From Candidatus Bathyarchaeia archaeon (GTDB taxonomy: Archaea > Thermoproteota > Bathyarchaeia > Bathyarchaeales > Bathycorpusculaceae), in the NCBI GenBank assembly GCA_037481775.1, contig JBBFKZ010000002.1, positions 86,453-150,452 of the forward strand: a DNA stretch of 64,000 nt, read 5' to 3'. Below are positions 1-9,724 of this stretch, piece by piece. The notes under the pieces were generated by a model. The model worked only from the letters and a program-made list of their open reading frames with translations. It searched no databases and was not told the origin of the DNA. The first letter of the stretch is position 1, and each line of letters begins with the position of its first letter. Both the position numbers and the translations under genes were made by a program.

Positions 1-153
1 GACATATGCTTCAATTATTAAGCTTTATATATGCGAATGATAATGAAAACTTATTTATACACAACATATGTCCAATTAAAACAAGCCTGGCGAGTAAGAT
101 GCTTGAGGCAAAAATCATAACTGAATACGCAACCGTTGAAGGAGACAGATTAC

Positions 154-483
154 ATGCTTGTTGAATCTTTCATCGCGTTCCTCCTCATTTTGGCAGTCAG
201 CTCGCTTATCTATCTTCTCGGTCGCCGCGCCTCACCTAAATCCAAAAAAACCGAGAACGAGCAATCAGAATATGCATGCGGAGAAAAAGCACCTATCCAG
301 AAACTCAGAATAAACGTAACGCTGTACAAGTTTCTCATATACTTCGCAATTTTCGACTCCTCCATTTTACTTCTATCTTTCGCCGCACTTCTACATCAGG
401 AACTGAATGCGCCGCTCTTGATCCTTTATCTATTCATAGCGTTTGCGGCTAGTCTAATTCTTCTAGAAGGAGCCAAAGACTAA
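154..483 (+). CDS. nuoA: Membrane-bound hydrogenase/complex I subunit A-like
   Basis: Three TM segments and YACGE loop; ATG at 154 follows GGAG at 141, preferred over the TTG at 136. Confidence 0.85.
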   Translation: MLVESFIAFLLILAVSSLIYLLGRRASPKSKKTENEQSEYACGEKAPIQKLRINVTLYKFLIYFAIFDSSILLLSFAALLHQELNAPLLILYLFIAFAASLILLEGAKD

Positions 484-926
484 TGAGTAAACTAGCAACG
501 TGGGCACGGCTGAAATCTCCTTGGGTTCTACACTTCAACTCAGGCGCATGCAACGGCTGCGACATCGAAGTTGTTGCCCTTTTAACGCCACGGTATGATG
601 TTGAGCGTTTCGGCATCAAACTCGAGCCATCACCACGGCACGCTGATGTTTTATTGACTACTGGCGCCGTTACCACCCAGTGCGCAGAAAGGCTAAAGCG
701 AATTTACGAGCAGATGCCTGAACCGAAATTCGTGGTGGCCATCGGCGCTTGTGCATGCTCAGGCGGCGTTTTTAAGGGAAATTATTCTGTAATCGGTGGC
801 GTTGACAAGGTTATTCCTGTAAACGCTTATATCCCTGGTTGCCCGCCGAAACCAGAAGCAATAATCGACGGGGTAGTAAAGCTACTCAACTCGTTAAAAG
901 AGGCGAAGCCAAACGACAAAAAATAA
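483..926 (+). CDS. nuoB: Group-4 [NiFe]-hydrogenase small subunit (NuoB/EchC-like)
   Basis: GACNGCDIE, SPRHAD, IGACACSGG and PGCPP motifs. Confidence 0.93.
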   Translation: MSKLATWARLKSPWVLHFNSGACNGCDIEVVALLTPRYDVERFGIKLEPSPRHADVLLTTGAVTTQCAERLKRIYEQMPEPKFVVAIGACACSGGVFKGNYSVIGGVDKVIPVNAYIPGCPPKPEAIIDGVVKLLNSLKEAKPNDKK

Positions 927-2499
927 GCAAGATCCCATCGCAGTTATCAAAGGCAGAATAGGCGACCGCCTTCAAATCCAGCAAGGATACTTAGGCAAAG
1001 CGTTAATCCAAGTTAAAGCCGATTCCATCCGAGAGATTATTGGCGCCCTGCTGGATACTGAGGATGGCATCTGCATTTCTGCTCTTACTGGCGTAGATGC
1101 AGGCGAGAAAATAGGTTTAATGTATCATCTTCGCATTAACGATGGCATTGTTACTATCCGAACTGAAGTTTCCAAGGCGCAGCCGAAACTTTGCACAATA
1201 ACTGATCTTATTCCAGGAGCAAGTTTCCATGAAAGAGAAGTAGCTGATCTCTTCGGCGTAACCTTTGAGGGTCATCCGAACCCTGCTAGGCTTGTTCTTC
1301 CTGAAGACTGGCCTGAGGGGCTTTATCCGCTTAGAAAGGACGTTAAAATTGATGAGTATTTAGCGAAAAAACAGCCTCTTCAGAATCAGCCTGACTTTGC
1401 AAATGCCCAAGATGGCGGCGAACTTGTTAACATAATCGTTGGTCCTCAGCATCCAGCGTTGCTGGAGCCGGAAAAGTTTTCTCTGCGGGTAGACGGGGAA
1501 ATCGTTAAGCAAGTGGAGCCGCGCATTGGCTATGTCCATAGGGGCGTGGAAAAAGCCTCTGAGCAGCGAACTTATCTGCAAGATGTTTACTTGGTGGAAA
1601 GAATTTGCGGTATATGCAACTCTTGTCATGCTGCCTGCTTTGTTGAGGCAGTAGAAAAGATACTTCGTATTGAGGTGCCCCTTAGAGCAAAGTATCTGCG
1701 AACAATAATTTTGGAGCTTAACAGGCTTCACAGTCACCTGCTTGTGCTGGGTCACGCGGGGCTCGAAATTGGGTATGAAACGCTTTTCCAGTATATGTGG
1801 CGAGATCGCGAACCAATTATGGATTTAACGGAGCTGCTCACTGGCAACCGTGTTATCTCTTCAGCGATGACCATAGGTGGTGTACGCCGAGACTTAAAGG
1901 AAACTGACATCCCACGGATCAAAGCAGAGATGGCTGCGTTAAAGAAGAGAATGGATTTTTACAAGCAAATTTTTGAAAATGAGCCGTCGCTGAAGATGCG
2001 CACCCAAAAAGTCGGTGTCCTCTCCAGAGAGGATGCATTGAAACTTTGTGTTGTGGGGCCTGTAGCCAGGGCTTCAGGAGTTGCCACAGATGTGCGGAAA
2101 GATGAGCCTTACGAGGCTTACGGAGAAATACCTTTTAATTTAATCACCCGCACAGAAGGAGATTCATGGGCGCGTCTTATGGTTCGCTTAGACGAAATAA
2201 CCGAGAGCGTTAACATAATCGAGTACGCGCTGGAGCATTTGCCTTCCGGCCCCTTCCGTATTAAAGTGCCGAGAGTTGTGCCTGCAGGCGAAGCAGTCAA
2301 CCGCGTTGAAGCACCCAGAGGTGAACTGTTCTATTATGTCAAAAGTAACGGTTCCGCCTATCCGGAAAGAGTTAAAGTGCGAACTCCAACTTTCGCTAAT
2401 ATCCCATCCTTCATCAAGATTGCGGAAGGTGGCAACATAGCCGATGTACCTGCGAGCTTCGTGAGTTTAGACCCATGCTTCTCATGCACTGACAGGTAG
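913..2499 (+). CDS. Fused NuoC-like + group-4 [NiFe]-hydrogenase large subunit (NuoCD/EchDE-like)
   Basis: L1 ERICGICNSCH and L2 DPCFSCTDR Ni-binding motifs; HEREVADLFG NuoC motif. Frame is open from 898 and the first ATG (1120) lies inside the NuoC domain; start placed at ACG 913 (see findings). Confidence 0.88.
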   Translation, partial: TTKNKQDPIAVIKGRIGDRLQIQQGYLGKALIQVKADSIREIIGALLDTEDGICISALTGVDAGEKIGLMYHLRINDGIVTIRTEVSKAQPKLCTITDLIPGASFHEREVADLFGVTFEGHPNPARLVLPEDWPEGLYPLRKDVKIDEYLAKKQPLQNQPDFANAQDGGELVNIIVGPQHPALLEPEKFSLRVDGEIVKQVEPRIGYVHRGVEKASEQRTYLQDVYLVERICGICNSCHAACFVEAVEKILRIEVPLRAKYLRTIILELNRLHSHLLVLGHAGLEIGYETLFQYMWRDREPIMDLTELLTGNRVISSAMTIGGVRRDLKETDIPRIKAEMAALKKRMDFYKQIFENEPSLKMRTQKVGVLSREDALKLCVVGPVARASGVATDVRKDEPYEAYGEIPFNLITRTEGDSWARLMVRLDEITESVNIIEYALEHLPSGPFRIKVPRVVPAGEAVNRVEAPRGELFYYVKSNGSAYPERVKVRTPTFANIPSFIKIAEGGNIADVPASFVSLDPCFSCTDR

Positions 2500-2507
2500 G
2501 ATGAAGA

Positions 2508-3500
2508 ATGCTTTTGGACTGGTGGTTTGTTTTCCGCGTGCTTGTTTTCCCCGGCTTCACGTTCATAATGCTGTTTACTCTTTTCTGCGATTGGGTGGAA
2601 AGAAAAATCGAGGCCAGAATGCAGAACCGAGTTGGCCCAGCATTTACGGGACCAGCGGGTATCCTCCAGCCCCTAGCTGACGTTATCAAACTGCTCACAA
2701 AAGAGGACATAGTTCCCACTGGCGCGAAAAAAACTGTTTTCCGGCTTGCGCCTATTCTCTCGTTTTCCATCGTAGTTTTTGCGTTGTCTTTTCTACCCGT
2801 TGACGGCGCTGCTGCAATACCCAATTCAAGTTTCGCTGGAGACTTGATCTTTGTGATGGCGTTAATTACAGTCGCCAACTTTTTCCTGTTCCTCTCAGGC
2901 TGGGCGTCCAAAAATCCTTACGGAGACATAGGAGCAACACGCGTTCTAACCCAGTTTATCGGTTATGATATTCCTCTGCTTCTTCTTGCGTTGGCGCCCG
3001 CGTTTCTTGCAGGCAGCCTAAGCATCGCCACAATAGCGGCAAATCAGAGCTTGCCATTCGCGCTTTTGGCGCCCTGGGCTTTCGTGCTATTTATAATAAC
3101 TCTTCAAGCAGAGCTAGAGAAAGACCCGTTCGATATTCCCCATGCGGAGAGTGAAGTGGTAGGTGGATTAGAAACAGAATTCTGCGGTGGCAAACTGGCT
3201 TTTCTACATCTTACTCGTGATGTGCAAATTGTTTTTGGAGCAGCGCTTGTGGTCGAACTGTTTCTAGGCGGATCTTACGGTCCGGTCTTTTTCGGCCCAG
3301 CTGAGTTGTGGTATACTTTATGGTTCATTCTAAAACTATTGGCGGTTGTAGTCATCACGGAATATATTACATGCCTCTTCGCAAGGCTGCGCATTGATCA
3401 AGTGTTAACAGCTAACTGGCGAGTGCTGGTGCCCTTGTCGGTGCTTTCGCTTATCCTAACCATCGCTTTAGCTACTTGGGTTTATCCACTGGTGATGTGA
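2508..3500 (+). CDS. nuoH: Membrane subunit NuoH/HycD-like
   Basis: ERKIEARMQNRVGP, LQPLADVIKLLTKE and PFDIPHAESE motifs. Confidence 0.93.
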   Translation: MLLDWWFVFRVLVFPGFTFIMLFTLFCDWVERKIEARMQNRVGPAFTGPAGILQPLADVIKLLTKEDIVPTGAKKTVFRLAPILSFSIVVFALSFLPVDGAAAIPNSSFAGDLIFVMALITVANFFLFLSGWASKNPYGDIGATRVLTQFIGYDIPLLLLALAPAFLAGSLSIATIAANQSLPFALLAPWAFVLFIITLQAELEKDPFDIPHAESEVVGGLETEFCGGKLAFLHLTRDVQIVFGAALVVELFLGGSYGPVFFGPAELWYTLWFILKLLAVVVITEYITCLFARLRIDQVLTANWRVLVPLSVLSLILTIALATWVYPLVM

Positions 3501-3503
3501 GCT

Positions 3504-3893
3504 ATGGTGAAGAAATCAGCTGTAACACCTATGATGAAGGAACTGTGGGCGCATCTCTTTAAGAACCCTGCCACCAGCAAGTATCCGCTTGTAAAAGCTG
3601 AAGTTCCAGACGGGTTCAGAGGTAGGCAAGTGTACGACATTAATCTCTGCATTAGCTGCGGATTATGCGCCAGAGACTGCCCAGCCAATGCCATTGAAAT
3701 GGTTGAAGTTGACGGAAAAAGGCGGCCTCTATTCCATCTTGACCTTTGCATATTCTGCTATCAGTGCGCTGACAGTTGCCCAAGAAACGCGATAAAAAGC
3801 TCAACATTTTTCGAGTTAGCCACAACCAATAAGTCTGATTTAGTAGTAAAACCTGAAGCGACCAGTCAAAAGAGCGAAGGTGAAAAGCTATGA
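3504..3893 (+). CDS. nuoI: 2x[4Fe-4S] subunit NuoI-like
   Basis: CISCGLCARDCP and CIFCYQCADSCP; GFRG motif. Confidence 0.92.
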   Translation: MVKKSAVTPMMKELWAHLFKNPATSKYPLVKAEVPDGFRGRQVYDINLCISCGLCARDCPANAIEMVEVDGKRRPLFHLDLCIFCYQCADSCPRNAIKSSTFFELATTNKSDLVVKPEATSQKSEGEKL

Positions 3894-4348
3894 TTCTGGA
3901 GTTTCTCGCGGTTGGAATTGTAATATCTGCTTGCTTGGCGATTTTTCTCGATGAAGCAGTTTACTCTGTTGTCGCCTTGACAGGAACGTTTATGTTAACA
4001 GCACTGCTTTATGCCTTAAGCGGCGCGCTCTTCGCGGCAGTTTTTCAATTTGCAATGGGCGTTGGCACATTAGCGATTCTCTTCTTATCCGGCGAGATGC
4101 TGAGCAAAAAGCCTCCGAAAATTCCGAAAGAACGCATACTCTCACTGATCGCGGTGGGTGTGCTCTTATCGTTGCCGATTCTTTTCCTCTCAATATCAAG
4201 TCAGAAAAGCGCCATAGAGATATCCTTTGAAGATGCGCTATGGCATTTGAGAGCTGGAGATGTTATTCTGCAAGGCTTAGTTGTGCTGATTGTGTCTGTA
4301 GGAATAACCATTTTTCTGTATGAAAGGAAAGAAAAAGGTGAGAAATGA
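3890..4348 (+). CDS. nuoJ: Membrane subunit NuoJ-like
   Basis: Hydrophobic, about 5 TM, position in operon. Confidence 0.75.
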   Translation: MILEFLAVGIVISACLAIFLDEAVYSVVALTGTFMLTALLYALSGALFAAVFQFAMGVGTLAILFLSGEMLSKKPPKIPKERILSLIAVGVLLSLPILFLSISSQKSAIEISFEDALWHLRAGDVILQGLVVLIVSVGITIFLYERKEKGEK

Positions 4349-4657
4349 ATGGACTTCGTTGTCTTATCCCTAATAATGCTTGCAATCGGCATTTACGGCT
4401 TACTTACTAAACGTGACCTGCTAAAAGTGTTCGTTTCAGTAGAGCTAATTGCCACGGCGGCAACACTCAATTTTGTGATGCTAACGCCCTCAAGTAACGG
4501 CTTGGGTCAAGCATTTCTGGTTTTAGCTTTCGCCACCGACACAGCCGTTGGCGCCTTAGTTTTAGCATTACTGCTGATTGCACACAAGAAATACGGCACA
4601 AGCGATGTTGCCGAAATAATAAAAAATAGAACAAGAAAGAAAAGAAGGAGAGAGTGA
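4349..4657 (+). CDS. nuoK: Membrane subunit NuoK-like
   Basis: IGIYGLLTKRDLLKVFVSVEL; 3 TM. Confidence 0.85.
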   Translation: MDFVVLSLIMLAIGIYGLLTKRDLLKVFVSVELIATAATLNFVMLTPSSNGLGQAFLVLAFATDTAVGALVLALLLIAHKKYGTSDVAEIIKNRTRKKRRRE

Positions 4658-4664
4658 AGCGTAA

Positions 4665-6617
4665 TTGCTACCAGAGATCTCTTCTTGGCTTGTTTGGTTG
4701 CTTCCTTTGATTTCAAGCATATTTGTGCCGTTAACCGCGCGGCTCAGCGAAAAAGCAAGAAACTACTTCGTGGTTGTAATAACCTTGGTTACTGCTGCCC
4801 TCGCCTTTTCGCTAGTTCCCGCCGTTTATTTTGGCGATGCCGAAACTTTCAGCTTATCCACCGCCTGGATTCCCTCGGGAATAAACGCTGGTGTATTCAT
4901 CGACCCGCTGAGTGTATTGTTCGCGGTTCTCGTCGCCTTCTTCGGCGTAATAATAGCCGTTTACTCACTGGGCTACATGAAAGGCGAAGAAGGCTTAACA
5001 CGATACTACTTCTTCCTACTTCTCTTCATAGGCTCAATGATTGGGCTTGTCGTATCCGACAATTTCCTTCAGTTGTTCATCTTCTGGGAGATGGTGGGCC
5101 TCTGCTCTTACTCACTAATTTCCTTCTGGTATAAACGCCCCGAATCTGTCCGCGCAGGCGCCAAAGTCTTCCTGATGACACGCATAGGCGACGTAAGCCT
5201 GCTAGGCGCCATCGGGCTTCTTTACGCAAGTTTAGGCTCATTTTCCTTCAGATATGCCATCGCCAACATAACAGCCATCCCAGCGTCTACCCTAACCGCA
5301 ATAGCGTTTCTAACGCTTGGCGGAGCCATCGCCAAATCCGCGCAACTGCCGTTGCACACGTGGCTGTACAGCGCCATGGAAGCGCCTACCTCCGTAAGCG
5401 CGTTGCTGCATGCTGCGACCATGGTTAAGGCAGGTGTCTATTTGATTGCGAGGTTAATCCTAATTTTAGGCCCGCTGGCCTTTTCCATCTCTATGTGGCT
5501 GCCTACGGTCGCTTGGGTCGGCGTCTTAACTGCCTTCATCGGCGCAACATTGGCTTTGTACACTCCAGACATCAAAGGCGTGTTAGCATACTCTACCATT
5601 AGTCAATTAGGCTTTATGATGGCCGCGCTGGGCTCGGTTTCTACGCAGTCAGACTTGGGCTTGTTCGCAAGCTTGTTCCACATGATAAGCCACGCTTTCT
5701 TTGAAGGCTTGGGCTTCCTCTTGGCAGGCGGCATCATCCACGCGCTTGGAACACGCGACATGAGGCTTATGGGCGGCCTGCGAAAAGCTATGCCGATAAC
5801 TTTTGCGCTTAGCCTGATAATGGTTTTAACAACCAGCGGGTTGCCGCCATTCGCCGCTTTCTTCAGTAAAGGTCTCGTTATAACAAGCTTAACGGAAGCC
5901 GGAAACATCTGGCAGGTCATTTTAATCTACGCCACGACTGCCCTCACGTTTACTTACAGCCTCAGGTTCTTAACGCTTGTTTTCATGGGTAAAGAATCCG
6001 ACCACTTGAGGAGTCTTCACTTGCATGAGACTCCGAAAATAATGTTGTTCCCCGCCGCGGTGCTCGCTGTTCTGTGCGTTGCATGGGGTTTTGTTGAGCC
6101 GTGGTTGAAAGGCTTTATGCATGTTGAGGCTGAGGCGAGTTTGCTAGGCGCGTTCTTTAGCTTGGAAACTCCTGTTTTCTTCGCTATCCTTGTTCCCGCT
6201 GGCTTAATTATATATCTAACTTACTACAAAAATTCTGAAACTATGAGCAAATTCCGAAGCAGCCCCAATCTCCTTAAGACTATCTTGAGCCATGGCTATT
6301 TCTTCGACGACATCTACGAGAAGGTGGCCGCGAAAGCCATAATAAGCTTCTCCCGCGGCATCCATTACGTTGAAAACTTCGTCTTCAATAAATTACCGCA
6401 GATAGTTGCGTGGTCAGTTATTGTTTTGGCTAACGCGGTTCATAGATACCTTGACATCTTGGCGGATAACCTGCTTAATGTCATAGCGCATCGTACACTG
6501 CGAGGTGCCACGCATATGCGGAAGTTGCCTTCCTCGTCTTTGCAGCACTATATCGCTGCTGCGCTGCTTGGTTTCATATTGATTTTAATATTGATAATAA
6601 TCACCATAGGAGTATAA
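4665..6617 (+). CDS. nuoL: Antiporter-like subunit NuoL
   Basis: AKSAQLPLHTWL, AMEAPTSVSALLHAATMVKAG; C-terminal lateral helix. Confidence 0.92.
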   Translation: MLPEISSWLVWLLPLISSIFVPLTARLSEKARNYFVVVITLVTAALAFSLVPAVYFGDAETFSLSTAWIPSGINAGVFIDPLSVLFAVLVAFFGVIIAVYSLGYMKGEEGLTRYYFFLLLFIGSMIGLVVSDNFLQLFIFWEMVGLCSYSLISFWYKRPESVRAGAKVFLMTRIGDVSLLGAIGLLYASLGSFSFRYAIANITAIPASTLTAIAFLTLGGAIAKSAQLPLHTWLYSAMEAPTSVSALLHAATMVKAGVYLIARLILILGPLAFSISMWLPTVAWVGVLTAFIGATLALYTPDIKGVLAYSTISQLGFMMAALGSVSTQSDLGLFASLFHMISHAFFEGLGFLLAGGIIHALGTRDMRLMGGLRKAMPITFALSLIMVLTTSGLPPFAAFFSKGLVITSLTEAGNIWQVILIYATTALTFTYSLRFLTLVFMGKESDHLRSLHLHETPKIMLFPAAVLAVLCVAWGFVEPWLKGFMHVEAEASLLGAFFSLETPVFFAILVPAGLIIYLTYYKNSETMSKFRSSPNLLKTILSHGYFFDDIYEKVAAKAIISFSRGIHYVENFVFNKLPQIVAWSVIVLANAVHRYLDILADNLLNVIAHRTLRGATHMRKLPSSSLQHYIAAALLGFILILILIIITIGV

Positions 6618-8134
6618 TGCCCATGTCATACACTTTGTTATCCGTTTTCCTGCTGCCAACACTGGCTGTTCCCTTCGTCTATTTGAGCGGAAAAAAATCT
6701 CCACGTTTAGCCGCAGCAATTGTTGCTTTAATTGCGCTTGCAAACATCGCCTTAATTCTGAGCACTGTTCCTACGGTGCTTGACAGCCCAAGGCACGAGT
6801 ACATTGAATCCTACTATTGGATTCCAGTTTTAGGCTCTGAATTCACCCTTTTCGCCGACGGCATCAGTGTATCCCTGGCAATTATCACGTTGGTTCTCAT
6901 AATAGCGGCTGCATTCTTCTCCATAAACTACATGGAAGGCAAAAAGAACCTGCCAGCCTATTACGCGCTTTTGACGCTGCTCTCTGTTGGTCTCGTAGGA
7001 GTCTTCCTAACCTCTAACCTACTGCTTTTCTATTTCTGCTGGGAACTCATGCTAGTCCCCGCGTATTTCATAATTGGCGGCTGGGGCTACAGAGAACCCT
7101 ATCAAGCTGCATTCAAATTCTTCGTGTTCACACACGCAGGCGCCGTCTTCGTTGTGCTGGGCATAGGCGCCATCTACATGGTCACAGGCGCCACAGACAT
7201 GTTCCAAGCACAGGCCGCATTGATGGCGGCTAGCCCGGATCTCGTAAGGTGGATCCTGCTTGCTTTGACTGCGGGTTTCGCCGTTAAAATGGCTGTGGTT
7301 CCAGTTCACATGTGGCTTCCTGATGCACACTCTGAAGCGCCTTCGCCGATGTCCGCGCTCTTAAGCGGCGTCATAATCAGCGCTGGCGCTTATGCTATTC
7401 TACGCCTATCTCTGGCAACAGTGTTTCCAGCGGTTATGGGCACCACCTTTGGAAGCGACTTTCTGCACGGGTTGGCAATTTTCGGCGTGATCTCCGCCTT
7501 TTTCGGCTCGCTTATCGCGTTGGTCGAAACCGACATAAAACGAATAATCGCTTACTCAAGCATTGCACACATGGGCTACGTGCTGTTCGGGCTTTCCCTC
7601 TTCCCTTCATCTTCAACGGCTGGTGCAGTAGTGGTTACCACGGCCATAACGGGAACAGTGCTTCACCTTGTAAATCACGCAGTAAGCAAGGGGCTTCTCT
7701 TCCTCTCAGCAGGCGCCGTCATGCATCAAACAGAAACCCGTGACATTCGAGAAATGGGTGGCCTTGCCGGCAAAATGCCCTTCACCGCCACCGCTTCAAC
7801 CACAGCGGCATTAAGCATCGCTGGGACGCCGCCTTTCGCATGTTTCATAAGCGAATTTCTAATGTTTGTAGGCGCCTTCGAAGTGATAAACATTGACGGC
7901 TTCTATCTTTTGCCCACTGCCTTCATGCTTATAGCCACGGTTGTTTCGCTTGCTTACTCACTAAGGTATCTGTCCCATGTCTTTCTGGGGCAAGCTAAAA
8001 ACGGCGCCAAAAAGATTCTGGACGTGCCCGGCTGCATGAAGCTTGCAATGGCTATCCTGGTGGTTTTAGTAATCGTCTTAGGCGTTTGGCCTACGTTCTT
8101 CATAAACTTGATTAATACTGTGCGATTCGTTTGA
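6617..8134 (+). CDS. nuoM: Antiporter-like subunit NuoM
   Basis: WELMLVP, VKMAVVPVHMWLPDAHSEAP, IIAYSSIAHMG. Confidence 0.92.
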   Translation: MPMSYTLLSVFLLPTLAVPFVYLSGKKSPRLAAAIVALIALANIALILSTVPTVLDSPRHEYIESYYWIPVLGSEFTLFADGISVSLAIITLVLIIAAAFFSINYMEGKKNLPAYYALLTLLSVGLVGVFLTSNLLLFYFCWELMLVPAYFIIGGWGYREPYQAAFKFFVFTHAGAVFVVLGIGAIYMVTGATDMFQAQAALMAASPDLVRWILLALTAGFAVKMAVVPVHMWLPDAHSEAPSPMSALLSGVIISAGAYAILRLSLATVFPAVMGTTFGSDFLHGLAIFGVISAFFGSLIALVETDIKRIIAYSSIAHMGYVLFGLSLFPSSSTAGAVVVTTAITGTVLHLVNHAVSKGLLFLSAGAVMHQTETRDIREMGGLAGKMPFTATASTTAALSIAGTPPFACFISEFLMFVGAFEVINIDGFYLLPTAFMLIATVVSLAYSLRYLSHVFLGQAKNGAKKILDVPGCMKLAMAILVVLVIVLGVWPTFFINLINTVRFV

Positions 8135-8144
8135 GGCAGACTTT

Positions 8145-9638
8145 ATGGTTGAAATATTGGACGCTGTTTTACCAATAATAAGCTTGGTTACTTTCGCGTT
8201 ACTAACGATACCCGTCTTCAGGATTATCCGTAAACGCGCACATAAAAGTGCTTTGATTATTGCTTGGTTCTCAACGGCCTTTGCCTTATCCGGCGCTGCA
8301 GTGGCCAATTTAACCGCAAAATATTACAGTTTGCCTTCGCCGCAGCCGTTTCTTAATATTACTTTAACGGAGACGCCGTTTGCTGCTCTTTCAAGCGCCT
8401 TTATGATAGATGGCATCTCAGTTTATATGTCGATAATGTTCATAGCAGCCAGCGCGGTTATCATGCTCTACAGCGTTTTCTACTTTGAATCAAAAGAAAG
8501 ACCTGCTGAAAGGTACTTCGCCGTTATGCTGATGCTAACTGCCGCTTTGATAGGCGCTGTATTTTCTGGAGATCTACTGACGCTTTTCATCTTTTGGGAA
8601 GCCGCCGCTGCAGGTTCAGGTTTCCTGATGATTTACAGGAAAACTCCCGAATCCTTGAATTCCACACTTAAATATCTGGTGATGATAATTATTGCTTCAG
8701 CATTCATAGTATTTGGGCTGTCACTTGTTTACAGTTTAACCGGCTCTTTGAATTTCTGGGCTGTCCGTGAAGCGTTAGTCACCTTAGCTGATAAGCATCT
8801 GCTGGTTTTGGCTTTCATTTTCATCGTAACAGGTTATGCCATTGAATCCGCGATAGTGCCATTCCACTTTTGGCTGCCTGACGCTTACGCCGCTGCGCCG
8901 TCTTCCTCTGCAGCTTTCCTTTCAGCTTTAATTGATCAAGGAAGCTACTACGTTCTGATACGTGTTCTCGTATTCATCTTAACACCGCCCGAAGTGTTAA
9001 ACTGGACGTTTATGCTCGCAGTGATGGCAGCGTTAACCATGATTGTAGGTAACTTGTTTGCGCTAATTCAAGACGACGTAAAACGCTTGATAGCGAACAT
9101 CTGCGTGGCCGACGTTGGCTACAACTTGATAGGTATAACCAGTGTAACAGCGCTGGGACTGACTGGGAACCTCTACTTCTTCCTAATCGGTGGGATCACC
9201 ACGGCGCTGGCTTTCATGGCAGTAGGCATTGCCACACGGTACGGCTTCAAAACAATAGAAGACTTTTCTGGACTAAGCAAGAAGATGCCCCTTGTTAGTT
9301 TAGCCTTAGTAATAGCTTGCCTCTCTTTCGCCGGCGTTCCGCCTTTCGGAGGTTTCATGGCAAAGTATCTTGTGTTTACTGCCGCGATAAAAGCAAACTT
9401 GAGTTGGCTAGCGATCATCGGCGTTCTAACAAGTGTGCTTCAAACTGCTTACCTGTTAAGGTTAGTGAATTACATGTATGCCAAAAAACCGAAAGATGAC
9501 GCCAAAATAAACGAGCCTAAAAAGCTGCTGGTTCCCGTCTTCATTCTTGTGGCAGCCGTACTCCTTCTAGGATTGTACCCACAGATAGTCTTAAACCTGA
9601 TTGAGCCAGTATTACAGCAGTTCCCATTCATCTTATAG
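8145..9638 (+). CDS. nuoN: Antiporter-like subunit NuoN/MrpD-like
   Basis: VPFHFWLPDAY, AGVPPFGGFMAKY; about 14 TM. Confidence 0.85.
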   Translation: MVEILDAVLPIISLVTFALLTIPVFRIIRKRAHKSALIIAWFSTAFALSGAAVANLTAKYYSLPSPQPFLNITLTETPFAALSSAFMIDGISVYMSIMFIAASAVIMLYSVFYFESKERPAERYFAVMLMLTAALIGAVFSGDLLTLFIFWEAAAAGSGFLMIYRKTPESLNSTLKYLVMIIIASAFIVFGLSLVYSLTGSLNFWAVREALVTLADKHLLVLAFIFIVTGYAIESAIVPFHFWLPDAYAAAPSSSAAFLSALIDQGSYYVLIRVLVFILTPPEVLNWTFMLAVMAALTMIVGNLFALIQDDVKRLIANICVADVGYNLIGITSVTALGLTGNLYFFLIGGITTALAFMAVGIATRYGFKTIEDFSGLSKKMPLVSLALVIACLSFAGVPPFGGFMAKYLVFTAAIKANLSWLAIIGVLTSVLQTAYLLRLVNYMYAKKPKDDAKINEPKKLLVPVFILVAAVLLLGLYPQIVLNLIEPVLQQFPFIL

Positions 9639-9724
9639 ACCATTCGAGTTTAGCGCAGAACTTTCTGCCTCATTATCACGCTTTAGCCTCTCAATTCAAC
9701 CTGCCTCAGAGAGCATGGGTGTGC

